Source: Arcobacteraceae bacterium
GTDB taxonomy: Bacteria > Campylobacterota > Campylobacteria > Campylobacterales > Arcobacteraceae
Direction of reading: 5' to 3'
Assembly (NCBI GenBank): GCA_965224485.1
Contig: CBDCZH010000015.1
Span: 1-64,000 of the forward strand
DNA: 64,000 nucleotides
The notes below the pieces were generated by a model. It saw only the letters and a list, made by a program, of their open reading frames with translations, made no database searches and was not told the origin of the DNA. The position numbers and the translations under genes were made by a program. This document shows, one piece after another, positions 45,353 to 56,933 of the stretch; the first letter of the stretch is position 1, and each line of letters begins with the position of its first letter.

Positions 45353-46272
45353 CTATACCTTTGCAAATTTATTTTCTTGTTCCATTATTTCAATCTCTTT
45401 AGCACCTGAAACAACAATATTTTTATTTATACTTAAATTTTTATTTTTATTTTCAAAATTAACATTACTTAGAATATGTTTTATACAAACTTAGTCTTGC
45501 TTGTTTTTTTATCATCACTTCTAATTACTATCCAAGGTGAATAATCTGTATGAGAAGACATAAGCATGGAAAATTTAGCAATAGTATATTTATCCCAATA
45601 TTTTTGAGACTCTTTATCCACAGGTGAGAGTTTAAAATGTTTTAAAGGATCTATTTCTCTTTTTTTAAATCTTCTTGCCTGCTCTTTTTTCGAAACAGAA
45701 AAGTAAAATTTAAATAAAACTATTCCTGATTTTACAAGCATTTGCTCAAACTCAGGAACTTCTTTTAAAAACTCATGGTGTTCTGCTTTTGTACAAAACT
45801 GCATAACAGGTTCAACCCCAGCTCTGTTATACCAAGACCTATCAAAAAGTACTATTTCACCTGAACTTGGTAGATGTTGTACATATCTTTGAAAATACCA
45901 CTGTGATTTTTCAACATCACTTGGTTTCTCCAAAGCAACAACTCTAGCCCCTCTTGGATTAAGATGCTCAGTAATTCTTTTTATAGTTCCACCCTTACCA
46001 GCAGCATCTCTACCTTCAAAAATCATAAGTAGTTTTAAACCATTTTCTTTTACATGGTTTTGAAGTTTTAATAACTCTATTTGTAAAGTTTTTAACTCTT
46101 GTTCATAAAGTAATGTCTCTTTCTTAACCCAAATTTGGACTTTTTTGATTTTACCTTTTTTACTTTTTGAAGGTTTTGAATCACTTGCTTCTTCTTTCTT
46201 ATTTAAAACATAAGAATCTAAATTTTCCATATCTTTTAGTTCATCAACAATAATTCCAGAAGTTTTTCCCAT
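45353..46272 (-). CDS. ppk2: Polyphosphate kinase 2 (frameshift in an A run near 45505)
   Basis: FEGRDAAGKGG, LNPRG, FDRSWYNRAGVE, KLSPVD. Confidence 0.92.
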
Positions 46273-46280
46273 TAAATATC

Positions 46281-47419
46281 CTATGATAATCTTAATTTAT
46301 ACGAATGGTAACCAAACTCGTTTACAATTTGGTAACAATCGTTTTTACGTATGACAAGAGCTGGTAAATTAATACCATTAAAGGTTGTGGTTTTAACCAT
46401 AGTATAGTGAATCATATCTTCAAGTATAATTTTATCACCTACTTTTAACGCTTCTTTAAAAGAATAATCTCCTATAATATCCCCTGCTAAACAGGTGTTT
46501 CCAGCAAGTTTGTAAGTAAATTCTTGAATATTTTCATCTTTAGCACCTCTTATTTCTGCCTTATAAGGCATTGCTAAAGTGTCTGGCATATGAGCTTCTG
46601 CTGAAGTATCTAAAATGGCTATTTGCATTCCATTATTTACTATATCTAAAACAGTACTTACTAAATAACCAGTTTTTCCAAGCAATTGCTTCTCCTGGTT
46701 CTAAATATATTTTTAAATGTGGGTATCTTTTTTTAAACTCTTTTAATAAAAGTATTAAAGCTTTTACATCATAATTACTTCTTGTAATATGGTGTCCACC
46801 TCCAAAATTAATCCATTTTAAGTTTTTAAAATATTCAGAAAAGTTTAACTCAAATTTTTCTAAAACTTTTTTAAAATCATCAACATTTTGCTCACATAAA
46901 GCATGAAAGTGTAAACCTTCAATTCCTTCTAAGTTATTATCATCAAAATTATCTTTTGTAATTCCTAGGCGTGAATTTAAAGAACAAGGATCATATAAAG
47001 CAATATTGACAGTTGAACATTGGGGATTTATTCGTAAACCACAAGAAGTTTTTTTTAAAGCTTTACTTTTGTATTTATTCCATTGAGTAAAAGAGTTAAA
47101 AACTACATGATTTGAGATTTCTAATATTTTATCAATTTCATCATCTTTAAAAGCAGGAGAGTAAGTATGTACCTCACCTCCAAACTCTTCATAAGCAAGC
47201 ATTGCTTCATTTAATCCAGAAGCGCAACATCCTTTTAAATACTGTTTACATAAAGAAAAACTTTCATAAAAAGCAAAACCTTTTAATGCAAGTAAGATAC
47301 TTACATCAGCTTCATCTTGAATTTTTTTTTAAAAGCTCAAGGTTTTTTTTCAGTAAATCTTCTTCTAGTACAAAACATGGGCTTGGTAAATCTTTAAACT
47401 TTTTTACAATTTTATTCAT
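46281..47419 (-). CDS. nspC: Carboxynorspermidine decarboxylase (split by frameshifts)
   Basis: [66 protein letters not shown] across successive frames. Confidence 0.9.
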
Positions 47420-47576
47420 TATATATTTCAAAATCCTCTTTACTTACTCCACATATAGGACATTCCCAATCAGCTGGAATATCTTCAAATGCAGTTCCAG
47501 GAGATATATTACTATCCTCATCTCCAAGTTTGGGGTCATAAATATAATCACAGGCTGTACAAATATACTTTTGCAT
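47412..47576 (-). CDS. Rubredoxin (not in ORF track)
   Basis: Manual translation [54 protein letters not shown]: two CxxC motifs; AGGAG ribosome-binding site. Confidence 0.95.
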   Translation of the reverse strand: MQKYICTACDYIYDPKLGDEDSNISPGTAFEDIPADWECPICGVSKEDFEIYNE

Positions 47577-47706
47577 AATAAACTCCTAATACTTAAATTT
47601 AATATATATAATAATTATTTTATATATTTAAATACCCATTATTGTTAAAAATTAAAAGCTAAAATAATTTTTTAATCTTTAGCTTTTTGATTTTTGATTT
47701 TTGAAT

Positions 47707-48910
47707 TTATACATCTAGTTCAAGAATTTTCCAAGGAAGTCCTTGCGCACTTAACTCATCCATAAAATCTTTTTGCATTAAATTCTTCTATATTAAAAAC
47801 TCCCTTATTTTTCCAAATTCCTTTATATAAAAGTTTTGAACCAATCATAGCTGGAACTCCTGTTGTATATGAAACACCTTGAGCTCCTGTTTCTTTATAA
47901 CACTCTTGATGGTCACAAATATTATAAATATATACTTTTTTACGAACTCCGTCTTTAAGTCCTTCAATAATACAACCAATATTTGTTTTACCATGTGTTC
48001 TCTCTCCTAGAGATGCAGGATCTGGTAAAAGAAGTGGATAAAAACTCAATTGGCGTAATTTTAACTCCCTTATGTTCAACTTCTTTAATTCCTAACATTC
48101 CTACATTTTGTAAACAATTCATATGAGTAATATAAGAATTTCCAAAAGTCATAAAAAAATCTAATTCTCTTTATTCCTTTAATATTTTTACTTAAAGACT
48201 CTAACTCTTCATGATAAAGCAAGTAAGATGGTCTTACTCCAATTTCAGGATAATCATGCTGTATTTTTATTTCCAAAGGTTTAGTTTCAATCCACTTCTC
48301 TTCTTCCCAATATCTACCATTTGAGCTTACTTCTCTTAAATTAATCTCAGGATTAAAGTTTGTTGCAAAAGCATAACCATGGTCTCCATCATTACAATCC
48401 ATAATATCAATATATTCAATACTGTCAAATAAATTTTGTTGGGCGTAAGCACAAAATACACCTGTAACTCCAGGGTCAAAACCAGAACCTAATAAAGCCA
48501 TTATATTTGCATCTTTAAACTCTTGGTTTTTAGCCCATTGTTCTTTGTATTCAAACTTAGCAATATCTGGATGTTCATAATTTGCTGTATCAACATAATC
48601 AACACCTGTTTGTATACAAGCATCCATTATTGTGAGATCTTGATATGGTAAAGCTACATTTAAAACAAGTTTAGGATTTATTTCTTTTATTAATTTTATT
48701 AAAGATTTTGTATCATCGGCATCAACACAAGCTATATGTTATATCTACATTTTGATTGTTTTTTATCTCATCTCGTATTTTTTCGCACTTAGAAATAGTT
48801 CTTGATGCAAGAGTTATTTCTTCAAAAGTATCAATGTTCATAGCACATTTTACAGAAGCAACGCGACTTACACCACCAGCTCCAATTATTAAAATACCTT
48901 TTTTATTCAT
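47707..48910 (-). CDS. Carboxynorspermidine synthase / saccharopine dehydrogenase family (split by frameshifts)
   Basis: IIGAGGV, LASRT..KC, NVALPYQDLTIMDAC, YVDTANYE, GFDPGVT, ATNFNPEINLRE, SYTTGVPA. Confidence 0.9.
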
Positions 48911-49062
48911 ATCTGTCTCCTAAAATTATTATAAAATTATTAATATAGTTGTAATATATACATCTATTATAACATTACTTAGTATATAAATTATTGAATT
49001 TATTATTAAACCCAATAAAACGAAAGCTTTAAAGTAGTATAATAAGCAAAATAGGAGAAAGA

Positions 49063-51525
49063 ATGAAATCGTTAAGTATAAAAAGTAAAATATTATTAAT
49101 TAGTATTATTGCCTTATTAATTATGTCAATATCAGTTGGAACAATTTCTTATATTGAAGCCAAATCAGCTTTAGTAAAAAAGAGTTATTCAAGTTTAACA
49201 GCAGCAAGAGATAGCAAAGCGGAGCAGTTAAATAATTTCTTTAAGTCATCAATTATTGATATTTCTGTTTTAGCTCATAGTCAAAATGTTGAATCTTTAG
49301 CTTTAGCATTAAATGGTTTAGATGAGCAATTAGGAATAGATTCAAAAGGTAGTTTCCCCGTTAAAAATGAACTTGTAATAAGTACAACTGCTCCTCATGA
49401 AGAGTATTTTCAAGAATACATGAAAGAGTATGATTATTATGATATTTTTATTATTGATGCAATAGATGGCCATGTTATTTATTCAGCAGCAAAAGAATCA
49501 GATTATGGATCAAATTTAAAATATGGTGCACTAAAAGATTCAAGCTTAGGTAATGTATGGAGACAAACCTTAGAAAATAAAAAACCTACCTTAGTTGATA
49601 TGAAACCTTATGCTCCAAGTAATAATGCTCCTGCAATGTTTTTAGGAACACCTATTGTAATTGATGGGGAAATAAACTCTATTTTAGTATTTCAAATTTC
49701 TGATAGAGATATTAATAAAATAATGCAGTTTAGAAAAGGATATGGACCTTCGCAAGAAGATTATTTAGTTGGAAGTGATTATAAAATGAGAAGTGATAGT
49801 TTTTTAGCTCCTAAAACACACTCTTTATTGGCTTCTTTTTCTAATCCTTTAAAAGGAAGTGTAAAAACACAAGCTAGTAAAAATGCACTTAAAGGAATTA
49901 TTAAAACTGAAATAATTCTTGATTATAATAATAGTTTAGTTTTATCTTCATATACTCTTTTAAATATAAACAATAATTTAAAATGGGCAGTTATTTCAGA
50001 AATAGCTGAAGAAGAAGTTTTAATAGCTCCACATAATTTAAGAAATCATATTATTGAATTATCTTTAGTTTTATTATTAATCTTAGGATTTGTTACTTAT
50101 ATGATTATTATAAAAGCAATAATTAAACCAATTAATTCTTTTCAAAAAGGTTTAGATATTTTCTTTAAATACTTAAACAAAGAGAGTTCAACAGTAGAGT
50201 TATTAGATGATAAAAATGATGATGAACTTGGGATTATGGCAAAAGAAGTAAATAAAAATATAAAACTTGTTCAACAAAATATAAAAATTGATGAAGAGTT
50301 AATAGCTGATGCTCAAGTTGTAATGAATAGAGTTAAAAAAGGTTGGTATAGCCAGCTAATAGAAAAATCTTCTTCAAACACAGATTTAGAGAATTTTAAA
50401 AATGATGTTAATGAGATGATTACAGCAACTAAAGAGAACTTTATTAAAATGAATAATATTCTAAGCTTATATTCAAACTATGATTATACGCAAGAGCTTA
50501 AAGTAGAAGGAATTGAAAAAGATGGTGTTTTTGAAGCTTTAGTAATTGGAATTAATCAATTACGAGAAGCTGTAACACAAATGTTAGTTGAGAATAAAAC
50601 AAATGGTGTAAACTTACAAGGCAGTGCAAATAATCTACTTACAAATGTTGATGTATTAAATACTTCTTCAAATCAAGCTGCAGCATCCTTAGAAGAAACA
50701 GCAGCAGCCCTAGAAGAAATAACATCTACTATTGTTAATAATACAAACTCAATTTCACAAATGTCAAAATATGCAACTAGCTTAAATAAGGCAACCCAAG
50801 AAGGTCAAGACTTAGCTAATAATACAATGAAATCAATGGATGATATTAATGATCAAGTAAATGAAATTAATGATTCGATTTCTGTAATTGATCAGATTGC
50901 TTTTCAAACAAATATACTTTCTTTAAATGCAGCAGTTGAAGCAGCAACAGCGGGTGAAGCTGGAAAAGGTTTCGCAGTAGTTGCGCAAGAAGTAAGAAAT
51001 CTTGCAAGTAGATCAGCAGAAGCAGCAAAAGAAATTAAAAATATTGTTGAAAATGCTAGTTCAAAAGCAAGTGAAGGTAAAAATATTGCAAATAATATGA
51101 TTGAAGGGTATTCATCATTAAATGAAAATATTAGAAAAACAATTGAATTAATTAAAGATGTTGAAACTTCTTCAAAAGAGCAACAAGCTGGAATTGAGCA
51201 AATTAATGATGCAATTACAAATCAAGATCAGCAAACACAGCAAATAGCACAAGCCGCTAGTCAAACTCACGATATTGCAGTAAGTACTTCTGATATTGCT
51301 CATGAGATTGTATTAAAAGCTGATGAAAAGAAATTTATTGGTAAAGATAATATAAAAGTAGCTAATGCAACTTCTCCAACAAATACCAGACCAAGCACTA
51401 AAAGAAAAGAACCAAGTAGTGTTTCTACAACAAGCTCTGTATCACAAGTAAGAAAAGCAGAAACAAGCACCAAGACTTCTTCATATCAAGATACAAGTTC
51501 ACATGATGAATGGGAAAGCTTTTAA
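49063..51525 (+). CDS. Methyl-accepting chemotaxis protein (Cache sensor domain)
   Basis: [38 protein letters not shown]-terminal EWESF pentapeptide. Confidence 0.96.
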   Translation: MKSLSIKSKILLISIIALLIMSISVGTISYIEAKSALVKKSYSSLTAARDSKAEQLNNFFKSSIIDISVLAHSQNVESLALALNGLDEQLGIDSKGSFPVKNELVISTTAPHEEYFQEYMKEYDYYDIFIIDAIDGHVIYSAAKESDYGSNLKYGALKDSSLGNVWRQTLENKKPTLVDMKPYAPSNNAPAMFLGTPIVIDGEINSILVFQISDRDINKIMQFRKGYGPSQEDYLVGSDYKMRSDSFLAPKTHSLLASFSNPLKGSVKTQASKNALKGIIKTEIILDYNNSLVLSSYTLLNINNNLKWAVISEIAEEEVLIAPHNLRNHIIELSLVLLLILGFVTYMIIIKAIIKPINSFQKGLDIFFKYLNKESSTVELLDDKNDDELGIMAKEVNKNIKLVQQNIKIDEELIADAQVVMNRVKKGWYSQLIEKSSSNTDLENFKNDVNEMITATKENFIKMNNILSLYSNYDYTQELKVEGIEKDGVFEALVIGINQLREAVTQMLVENKTNGVNLQGSANNLLTNVDVLNTSSNQAAASLEETAAALEEITSTIVNNTNSISQMSKYATSLNKATQEGQDLANNTMKSMDDINDQVNEINDSISVIDQIAFQTNILSLNAAVEAATAGEAGKGFAVVAQEVRNLASRSAEAAKEIKNIVENASSKASEGKNIANNMIEGYSSLNENIRKTIELIKDVETSSKEQQAGIEQINDAITNQDQQTQQIAQAASQTHDIAVSTSDIAHEIVLKADEKKFIGKDNIKVANATSPTNTRPSTKRKEPSSVSTTSSVSQVRKAETSTKTSSYQDTSSHDEWESF

Positions 51526-51584
51526 GCTTTTTCATTCAACAGAAAACTTTTAGTTCTTTTTAGCTAAACTCTTTTTTTAGTAAC

Positions 51585-51974
51585 GGGGGTGAACTGGCTT
51601 CGACTGGAGCCATGAGGATCAGTTGCAAGTAGGTTTGAGTCGCCTTAATAAGCTCATTTTTTTAAACGCAAATAATACAAATTATTCTCCAGCTTACGCA
51701 GCAGCGTAAGTTTAACCTATAGACTCCCCTTAATTGGGTTGAGACTTTTGGAGGCTTGCTCAGCAGATTCTATCTACGCTGAATAAAGCAAGCTCACCCT
51801 AGATAGATTATCTTTTGAAGTTTGATCTACTTTTAAAGAGACATTTTTGATCTTAGCTTTTGAGTTGCCTTGCGGATTGTGCTGCTAAAAAGCGAAATTT
51901 TACAATCCCACTAAACTTGTAGACGCTGGTAGTAATGGTTTTAGGACTGGGTTTCGATACCCACACCTCCACCA
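51585..51974 (+). ncRNA. ssrA: tmRNA
   Basis: 5' GGGGGTGAACTGGCTTCGAC, 3' TTCGATACCCACACCTCCACCA; tag frame 51668-51709 ANNTNYSPAYAAA*. Confidence 0.97.
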
Positions 51975-52183
51975 ATATAATTATAAAGAAAAATAAGATG
52001 ATTTATTTTTCTTAGATAAATTCTAAATTTCAATTCTTACTTTCATAAAAATATCAATACCTTAATTAAATAACTACTTCCTAAATTTTATAAAAAATTA
52101 TGAATTTGATTTTTATTACATTTTTTACTTTTATAATGTAGTAAGAATATTTCTACATTTTATAAAACAACTAAGGATTTGAC

Positions 52184-53009
52184 ATGATATATAAAAAACT
52201 TTTTTTTCCAATAGGTGGAGGAGAAGAGTTAGAAGAGAGACTATATGGTGCTTTTTTTAATAGCTAAACATTTTGACCTTACATTAGAAGTTTTACAATC
52301 AAGACTAAAATCTAATATAAGAATGACTGATGAAATGAGATTGCCAAAAGAGATACAAAAATCAATTGATGAAGTATTAGAAGCTCAGTACAAAGAACAA
52401 GACGAAGAGTTTAAAAACTTAATTTCTAAAGTTATTAGTGAAGTAGGTCTAAATAAGAACTTAGTTGATTTAAAAATAAAAGAAGGTATAAGAAGTAGCT
52501 TAGTTGAGAAACACTCAAAGTATTGTGATTTAGTAATAGCAGCAGCACCTCCTTCAGGAATTACAACAGCAACTTTTGAAACAGCTGTTTTAAAAAGTGG
52601 AAAACCTGTATTAATGTTTCCTAGAATTATGAGAAAATTTTCACACGATTCCATAATAATTGGATGGAATAATTCACCAGAAGTTTCTAAAGCTTTAACT
52701 TCTTCATTGGAAATTTTAAAAGAAGCAAAAAGAGTAAAAATAGTTTCATCTAATGAATATATTCAAGATAAAAGTGAACTAGAAGAAATAGTAAAGTATC
52801 TAGCTTTACACAATATAAAAGCTAGTTATGAAATAGTAAAAACAACAAGAGTTCCAGGACAAGGACTTCTAAATGCAGCAATAGATGGAGATTTTGATTT
52901 AATAATAGCAGGAGCTTTTGGACATAAGGGTTTAAAAGAACTTATGTTTGGTGGAACTACTAGATACTTACTTGAAAATTCAAGTATTCCTGTATTTTTA
53001 TCACACTAA
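52184..53009 (+). CDS. Universal stress protein (5' end frameshifted in T runs)
   Basis: Start MIYKKLFFPIGGG after AAGGA; SGKPVL, IGWNNSPE, DLIIAGAFGH..ELMFGGTTRYLL. Confidence 0.88.
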
Positions 53010-53026
53010 AAAATTGCCCTATTTGT

Positions 53027-53284
53027 TTAAATAAATGGGGCAGTTTTAATAAGTTCAAGTTTTTTTAAACGTGTAAACTTTTTTATTTCATATTCTCTTT
53101 TTGAGGCAGTACTTCTATTATCTGAACTCTCTTTATATAAAAGTTTTACAGGTCGTCTAGCTTTAGTATATTTTGCGCCCTTAAAGCTATTATTATGCTC
53201 ATCTAAGCGTTTATTCATATCTTTAGTAATTCCTGTATACAAACTCTTATCACTACACTCTAAGATATAAATAAAATATGACAT
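53027..53284 (-). CDS. Small GIY-YIG nuclease (YhbQ/YazA-like)
   Basis: YFIYILECSDKSLYTGIT, GAKYTKARRP, REYEIKK. Confidence 0.93.
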   Translation of the reverse strand: MSYFIYILECSDKSLYTGITKDMNKRLDEHNNSFKGAKYTKARRPVKLLYKESSDNRSTASKREYEIKKFTRLKKLELIKTAPFI

Positions 53285-54343
53285 TAAGACTCCATAATAT
53301 TTATAAAAGAAGAACCAAGTTTTATTAACTCTTCATTTTTACTAAGGTTTATCTCTTTTATAAACTTATCAAATAAAGTTTTATGATTAGTAGAAAAGTT
53401 TTTTATAAAACATGAGAAATCTTTTTTAGGAAAAAAGTATTTCTTTTTTAGACTCTTCTAAATACTTCTTAAAAAACTCTATAAGAGTTTTATAATCTTC
53501 TGTCTCATTAATTATATTATTTAAAATAAAAGATATATTTCTAAGAATATCTTTATCGTAAGTATTTAGTTCACCAAAAGAGAATAAACACATTTTAAAC
53601 CAAGGTTTAGTTATATCTTTGCTTTTATTTAATAATAATATTTTTGAAAGAGCATATTTTATTTCAACTCTCTTATCTGTAGAATATAATTCTAAAATAT
53701 TCTCAAAAATTTCATATTTTTCTTTTATTTTAGAAGCAGATGACAGTATAGTTTTATCTAAGTTTATACTATTTTTTTCTTTCAAATCATTAAATAAAAC
53801 TAATATCTCTTTTGCATTATTTAAAGATAAGTTTATAAGGCAAGAAAGTTCAACAGCACTTTGAAGAATGTAAATATTATCATTTTTAAATAGTTTTTTA
53901 AGTTCTTTATATTGATCTTTATTTTTATAAATGCTTAGAAATAAAATACTTATATGAGAAATCATAAACTCTTCTTTTTCATCAATCATTTTTTCATATA
54001 ACTTAAAAGAAAAAGAAGACGATACTTCAATAATATTTTGTGTGATACTAAGTGTTATATATTCATAATGCAAAGAAGATAAATACTTATATAAATCTAA
54101 TAAAGTTGTAATATTTAAAATAGAGCTAAAGGTTAGTTTATCAAGAACTAGTTGAAGTTTAAAAACTTCATAATCGTTTTTTAAAGCTTTGTTAGCCAAA
54201 AGAAATAAATCAAGTTCTTTCTCTTTTTTTACTAAAGTTAATATTTTTTGTAGATATTCATCATTTCCAATAGAGAGTAAAATATCAAAAAAAGCTTTTG
54301 GATTAGAAGTGTTTTGTAAAAGTTGGTTTTTAGTTTTAATCAT
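53284..54343 (-). CDS. Hypothetical helical protein (frameshift near 53432)
   Basis: 305-aa ORF continues in a shifted frame to a TAA overlapping the GIY-YIG start. Confidence 0.65.
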
Positions 54344-54414
54344 AAAAGATTTTATCTAAAATTTATGATAATAAGTTCAAGTGATGATTTAATGCTACAT
54401 TTTTAATTTGAAGA

Positions 54415-54738
54415 TTAATTAGAATTTTGAGTATATTGTTTTAATATATCTTTTAATTCATCATCACTTATATTCTCTTTTTCACTTTTAGAATAAATCG
54501 AAATAAGTACTATTTTATCTTCTATTTCTTGATATATAATTATTCTGTACCCACCACTTTTTCCAGTTGGGATAGATGAGTTTTTAAATCTTTTTTTGTA
54601 TATATTAAAACCAAGATAAACACCTAAATCATTTTTTGATTCAAGTTCAGATACTAATTGTTTTAAATCAGATTTTAATAGTTTAAATTTTTTAGCCTCT
54701 TTTAAAAAATTATGACTATATTCAATCATCAAGCTCAT
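54415..54738 (-). CDS. RelE/ParE superfamily toxin (HigB2-like)
   Basis: F.KEAKK, LG..IYKKR, GKSGGYRII, LISIYSKSEKENIS. Confidence 0.88.
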   Translation of the reverse strand: MSLMIEYSHNFLKEAKKFKLLKSDLKQLVSELESKNDLGVYLGFNIYKKRFKNSSIPTGKSGGYRIIIYQEIEDKIVLISIYSKSEKENISDDELKDILKQYTQNSN

Positions 54739-55009
54739 TCCATAAATTATCTATTGATTTAGTTCTTCCATGTTTAATATCATCTAGTCCATTTTGAATT
54801 GAGATTAATATTTTTTTGGCTTCTACTTCTTTCAAAGCTTCTTTCATTTTTTCGTACTCATTTTTAGAAATTAGAACAGCTTCTACTTTATTGTTTTTAA
54901 GAACAGCAATTTTTTCAACACTAGAATCTTTTATCTGTTTTAAATAAGTGCCAAATTTTCTTGCTAAATCAGATGATGAGATTAATTCGTTTGTTGAATA
55001 AGTTATCAT
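54722..55009 (-). CDS. Phd/YefM family antitoxin
   Basis: ISSSDLARKFGTYL, AVLKNNKVEAVLIS..EYE; overlaps the toxin start. Confidence 0.88.
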   Translation of the reverse strand: MITYSTNELISSSDLARKFGTYLKQIKDSSVEKIAVLKNNKVEAVLISKNEYEKMKEALKEVEAKKILISIQNGLDDIKHGRTKSIDNLWNELDD

Positions 55010-55030
55010 AATATTTCCCTTGTAATTTAC

Positions 55031-55075
55031 CGTAATATATTACGTAATTATAACAGAAGATATTAATTTATGCAA
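55031..55075 (-). promoter_or_regulatory. Toxin-antitoxin promoter with palindromic operator
   Basis: Minus strand TTGCAT-17-TATAAT (extended -10); perfect palindrome CGTAATATATTACG at 55031-55044 just downstream of the -10. Confidence 0.7.
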
Positions 55076-55080
55076 ATCAT

Positions 55081-55265
55081 ACGGAATAATCTTTTGTCTA
55101 CTTCGTAGATATAGTTTTGATACATATTTAGTAATACATTTTTATATTGGGCATTTTGATTATTTGCTCTTTTTCTGATTTTGAGGAAGCTAGAGTTTGA
55201 GGGTTTATTTAAGGTAAAAGAGAAGCATATCTGAGAGTATAGAAAGGTGAAGTAAGGGCAAGTTA
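55081..55265. repeat. Degenerate partial copy of the structured element (centre plus part of the right arm)
   Basis: Aligns by eye with ~57984-58168 (ttgtctacttcgtagat, attgggcattt, ttgaggaagctagagtttgag, gaagcat.tctgag, gtaagggca). Confidence 0.85.
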
Positions 55266-55356
55266 GAATTGTAAGCTAAATTCATACAAAGAACTAAAGG
55301 TAAGATTTAAACATAACTATTTTGTTCTAAGTAAAGGCTGTCTCAAGAACTTAATT

Positions 55357-55429
55357 TCAGCATATATAAACTTGTTCATTCTTAAAACTATAATGTTTAC
55401 TTCTAATTGTATCAGTAGTTTCTTCGCAT
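55357..55429 (-). pseudogene. intI: Remnant of integron integrase N-terminus
   Basis: AGGAG then ATG; after an indel reads DTIRSKHYSFKNEQVYIC*, matching IntI IRxxHYSxRTExxYxxW with TGA at the W position; divergent from the cassettes. Confidence 0.7.
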
Positions 55430-55504
55430 AATTATCTCCTATTTATCTAGTTTTAAGAATAAAGTGAATCCTAAAATTTAGGTATTTATTTTATTATAAA
55501 GAAA

Positions 55505-55532
55505 AGATAAAAAATATATTAATAAGTTATTG
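55505..55532 (+). other. Putative attI site (crossover core GTTATTG at 55526)
   Basis: Lies between the intI remnant and the first cassette; GTTATT is complementary to AATAAC in the R'' of the downstream attC. Confidence 0.5.
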
Positions 55533-55589
55533 CAAGTGGAATAGGACTACAATTTTCTACTAAAAATTAATTACATATAAGGAGTTATC

Positions 55590-56077
55590 ATGTTAATTGA
55601 AATAATTGCACACACACCAACTTGGGTCTTCATATTATTTGGAGCATTACTATTTTTGGGATACTCTCAAACTAAAGATAGAGAACTTAAATTTGAAAAA
55701 ATTATTACTTTACCTTTAGCTATGATTTTATTATCAATATTTGGTATTACATCAGCTTTTGGAGTAATGCCAACGGCATTAATAATATGGCTTGTTGGAG
55801 TAAGTTTATCTTTAATTATAGGATTAAAATTATCATTTCCTAAAAATATTAAATATGATAATTTAAAAAAAGTTTTTTGTATTCCAGGTAGTTGGTTTCC
55901 TATGACTCTTATTCTAGGCATTTTTTTCTTAAATACTTTATTGGGGAGGTAGTTGCTATGCAATTACCAATTATACATCAAATTGGATTTATACTAAGTA
56001 TAAGTTTAGTATATGGATTAATATCTGGTATATTCTTATCTCGAAGTATTGTAATGTTAAAATCAAAGAATAAATAA
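55590..56077 (+). CDS. Integron cassette membrane protein (DUF6622-like; frameshift in a T run near 55925)
   Basis: HTPTWVF..L..LGYSQTKDR, IPGSWFP; second half in ORF 55892-56077; stop codon lies inside the attC R''. Confidence 0.75.
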
Positions 56078-56143
56078 CAAAACTTTTTAGAATAACAAGG
56101 GAATAAACTTAAATTACCTTGTTATTTAAATTAGGCATTATAG
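56072..56143 (+). other. attC-like recombination site
   Basis: R'' AAATAAC containing the stop; stem tta-G-aataacaagg / ccttgttatt-taa with an extrahelical G; R' ATTATAG, one change from GTTATAG; 72 bp. Confidence 0.7.
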
Positions 56144-56200
56144 CTCACAATAAATTCAACTAATACATAAAAAAATAAATATTTTAGATATAATTTTATT

Positions 56201-56490
56201 ATGAAATTTGAATGGGATAAAACAAAGAAAAAGTAAATATACAAAAGCATAATGTAACATTTGAACAAGCTTCATATGTATTTACCGATAAATTTGCTTT
56301 AAATAAATTTGATGATAAACACTCAGAGAATGAAGATAGATGGATATTATTAGGTAAATCATTAAATGAAACTTTATTACTTGTTGTACATACATTCAGA
56401 GATAAAGATGGTACGGAATTTGTAAGAATAATAAGTGCTAGAAAAGCAAGTAAAAAAGAAAAACAAACATATCAAAAAAGGTGTCCATAA
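56201..56490 (+). CDS. brnT: BrnT family toxin (not in ORF track; 1-bp deletion in an A run near 56220)
   Basis: MKFEWD..K...NIQKH.VTFEQA..VF.D....HSENEDRW...G...LLVVHTFR...VRIISARKA. Confidence 0.88.
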
Positions 56491-56699
56491 TGAAAAAAGA
56501 ATATGATTTTACAAATGCAGAACAAGGTAAATTCTATAGACCTATTGAAGAGTTAGATATACCAATATATTTAGATGATGAAGTTAAAAACTTTTTCTTA
56601 AAAAATATAAAAGACAAAGCAAGTGATTTTTCTTTAAATAAGATTATTAATTCACTTATTAAACAAGATATAGAAATATCTAAAAAGCTATCACACTAA
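56490..56699 (+). CDS. BrnA/CopG-like antitoxin
   Basis: MKKEYDFTNAEQGKFYRP..IPIYLD; TAATG overlap with brnT. Confidence 0.82.
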   Translation: MKKEYDFTNAEQGKFYRPIEELDIPIYLDDEVKNFFLKNIKDKASDFSLNKIINSLIKQDIEISKKLSH

Positions 56700-56734
56700 A
56701 CAAAGATAACTAAATTTAGCTTACCGCTAGAGTA
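56686..56734 (+). other. Truncated, degenerate second attC
   Basis: AGCTATCAC is one change from the complement of the cassette start (G)TTATAGCT; right half replaced by the duplicated lipoprotein fragment. Confidence 0.45.
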
Positions 56735-56857
56735 AAATAGGTACTTTTGTACCCTCTTCCTCTATCTCAACTACCATAGAAAAAAAGTGTTAAATTCACT
56801 TCTTCTGATTTAATAGATGCTATTATTGATTCATTAATATTCAATTATATCTATTAA
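56735..56857 (+). pseudogene. 3' fragment of a paralog of the lipoprotein at 57340
   Basis: Close nucleotide match to 57572-57696 with a small deletion; no 5' part. Confidence 0.85.
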
Positions 56858-56933
56858 CAGTAGTTTAACTTTATTAGTTTATACCTTAAAATAGTTTTAA
56901 ATAACTGGTGTTTGCTCTTGTAAACTTTCAGTT

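Noticed and set aside
46281..48910. Programmed frameshifting or phase variation in the polyamine genes
   Set aside because: Several breaks per gene at A/T runs, shared with many neighbours; Campylobacterota phase variation typically uses poly-G/C tracts
53027..53284. GIY-YIG protein as mobiliser of the hairpin elements
   Set aside because: Ordinary stand-alone YhbQ-like gene, coupled to its upstream gene and not flanked by the repeats
55334..55346. aggctgtctcaa as an IS terminal repeat at the intI break
   Set aside because: Only ~12 bp, with no partner repeat and no transposase; cannot be supported
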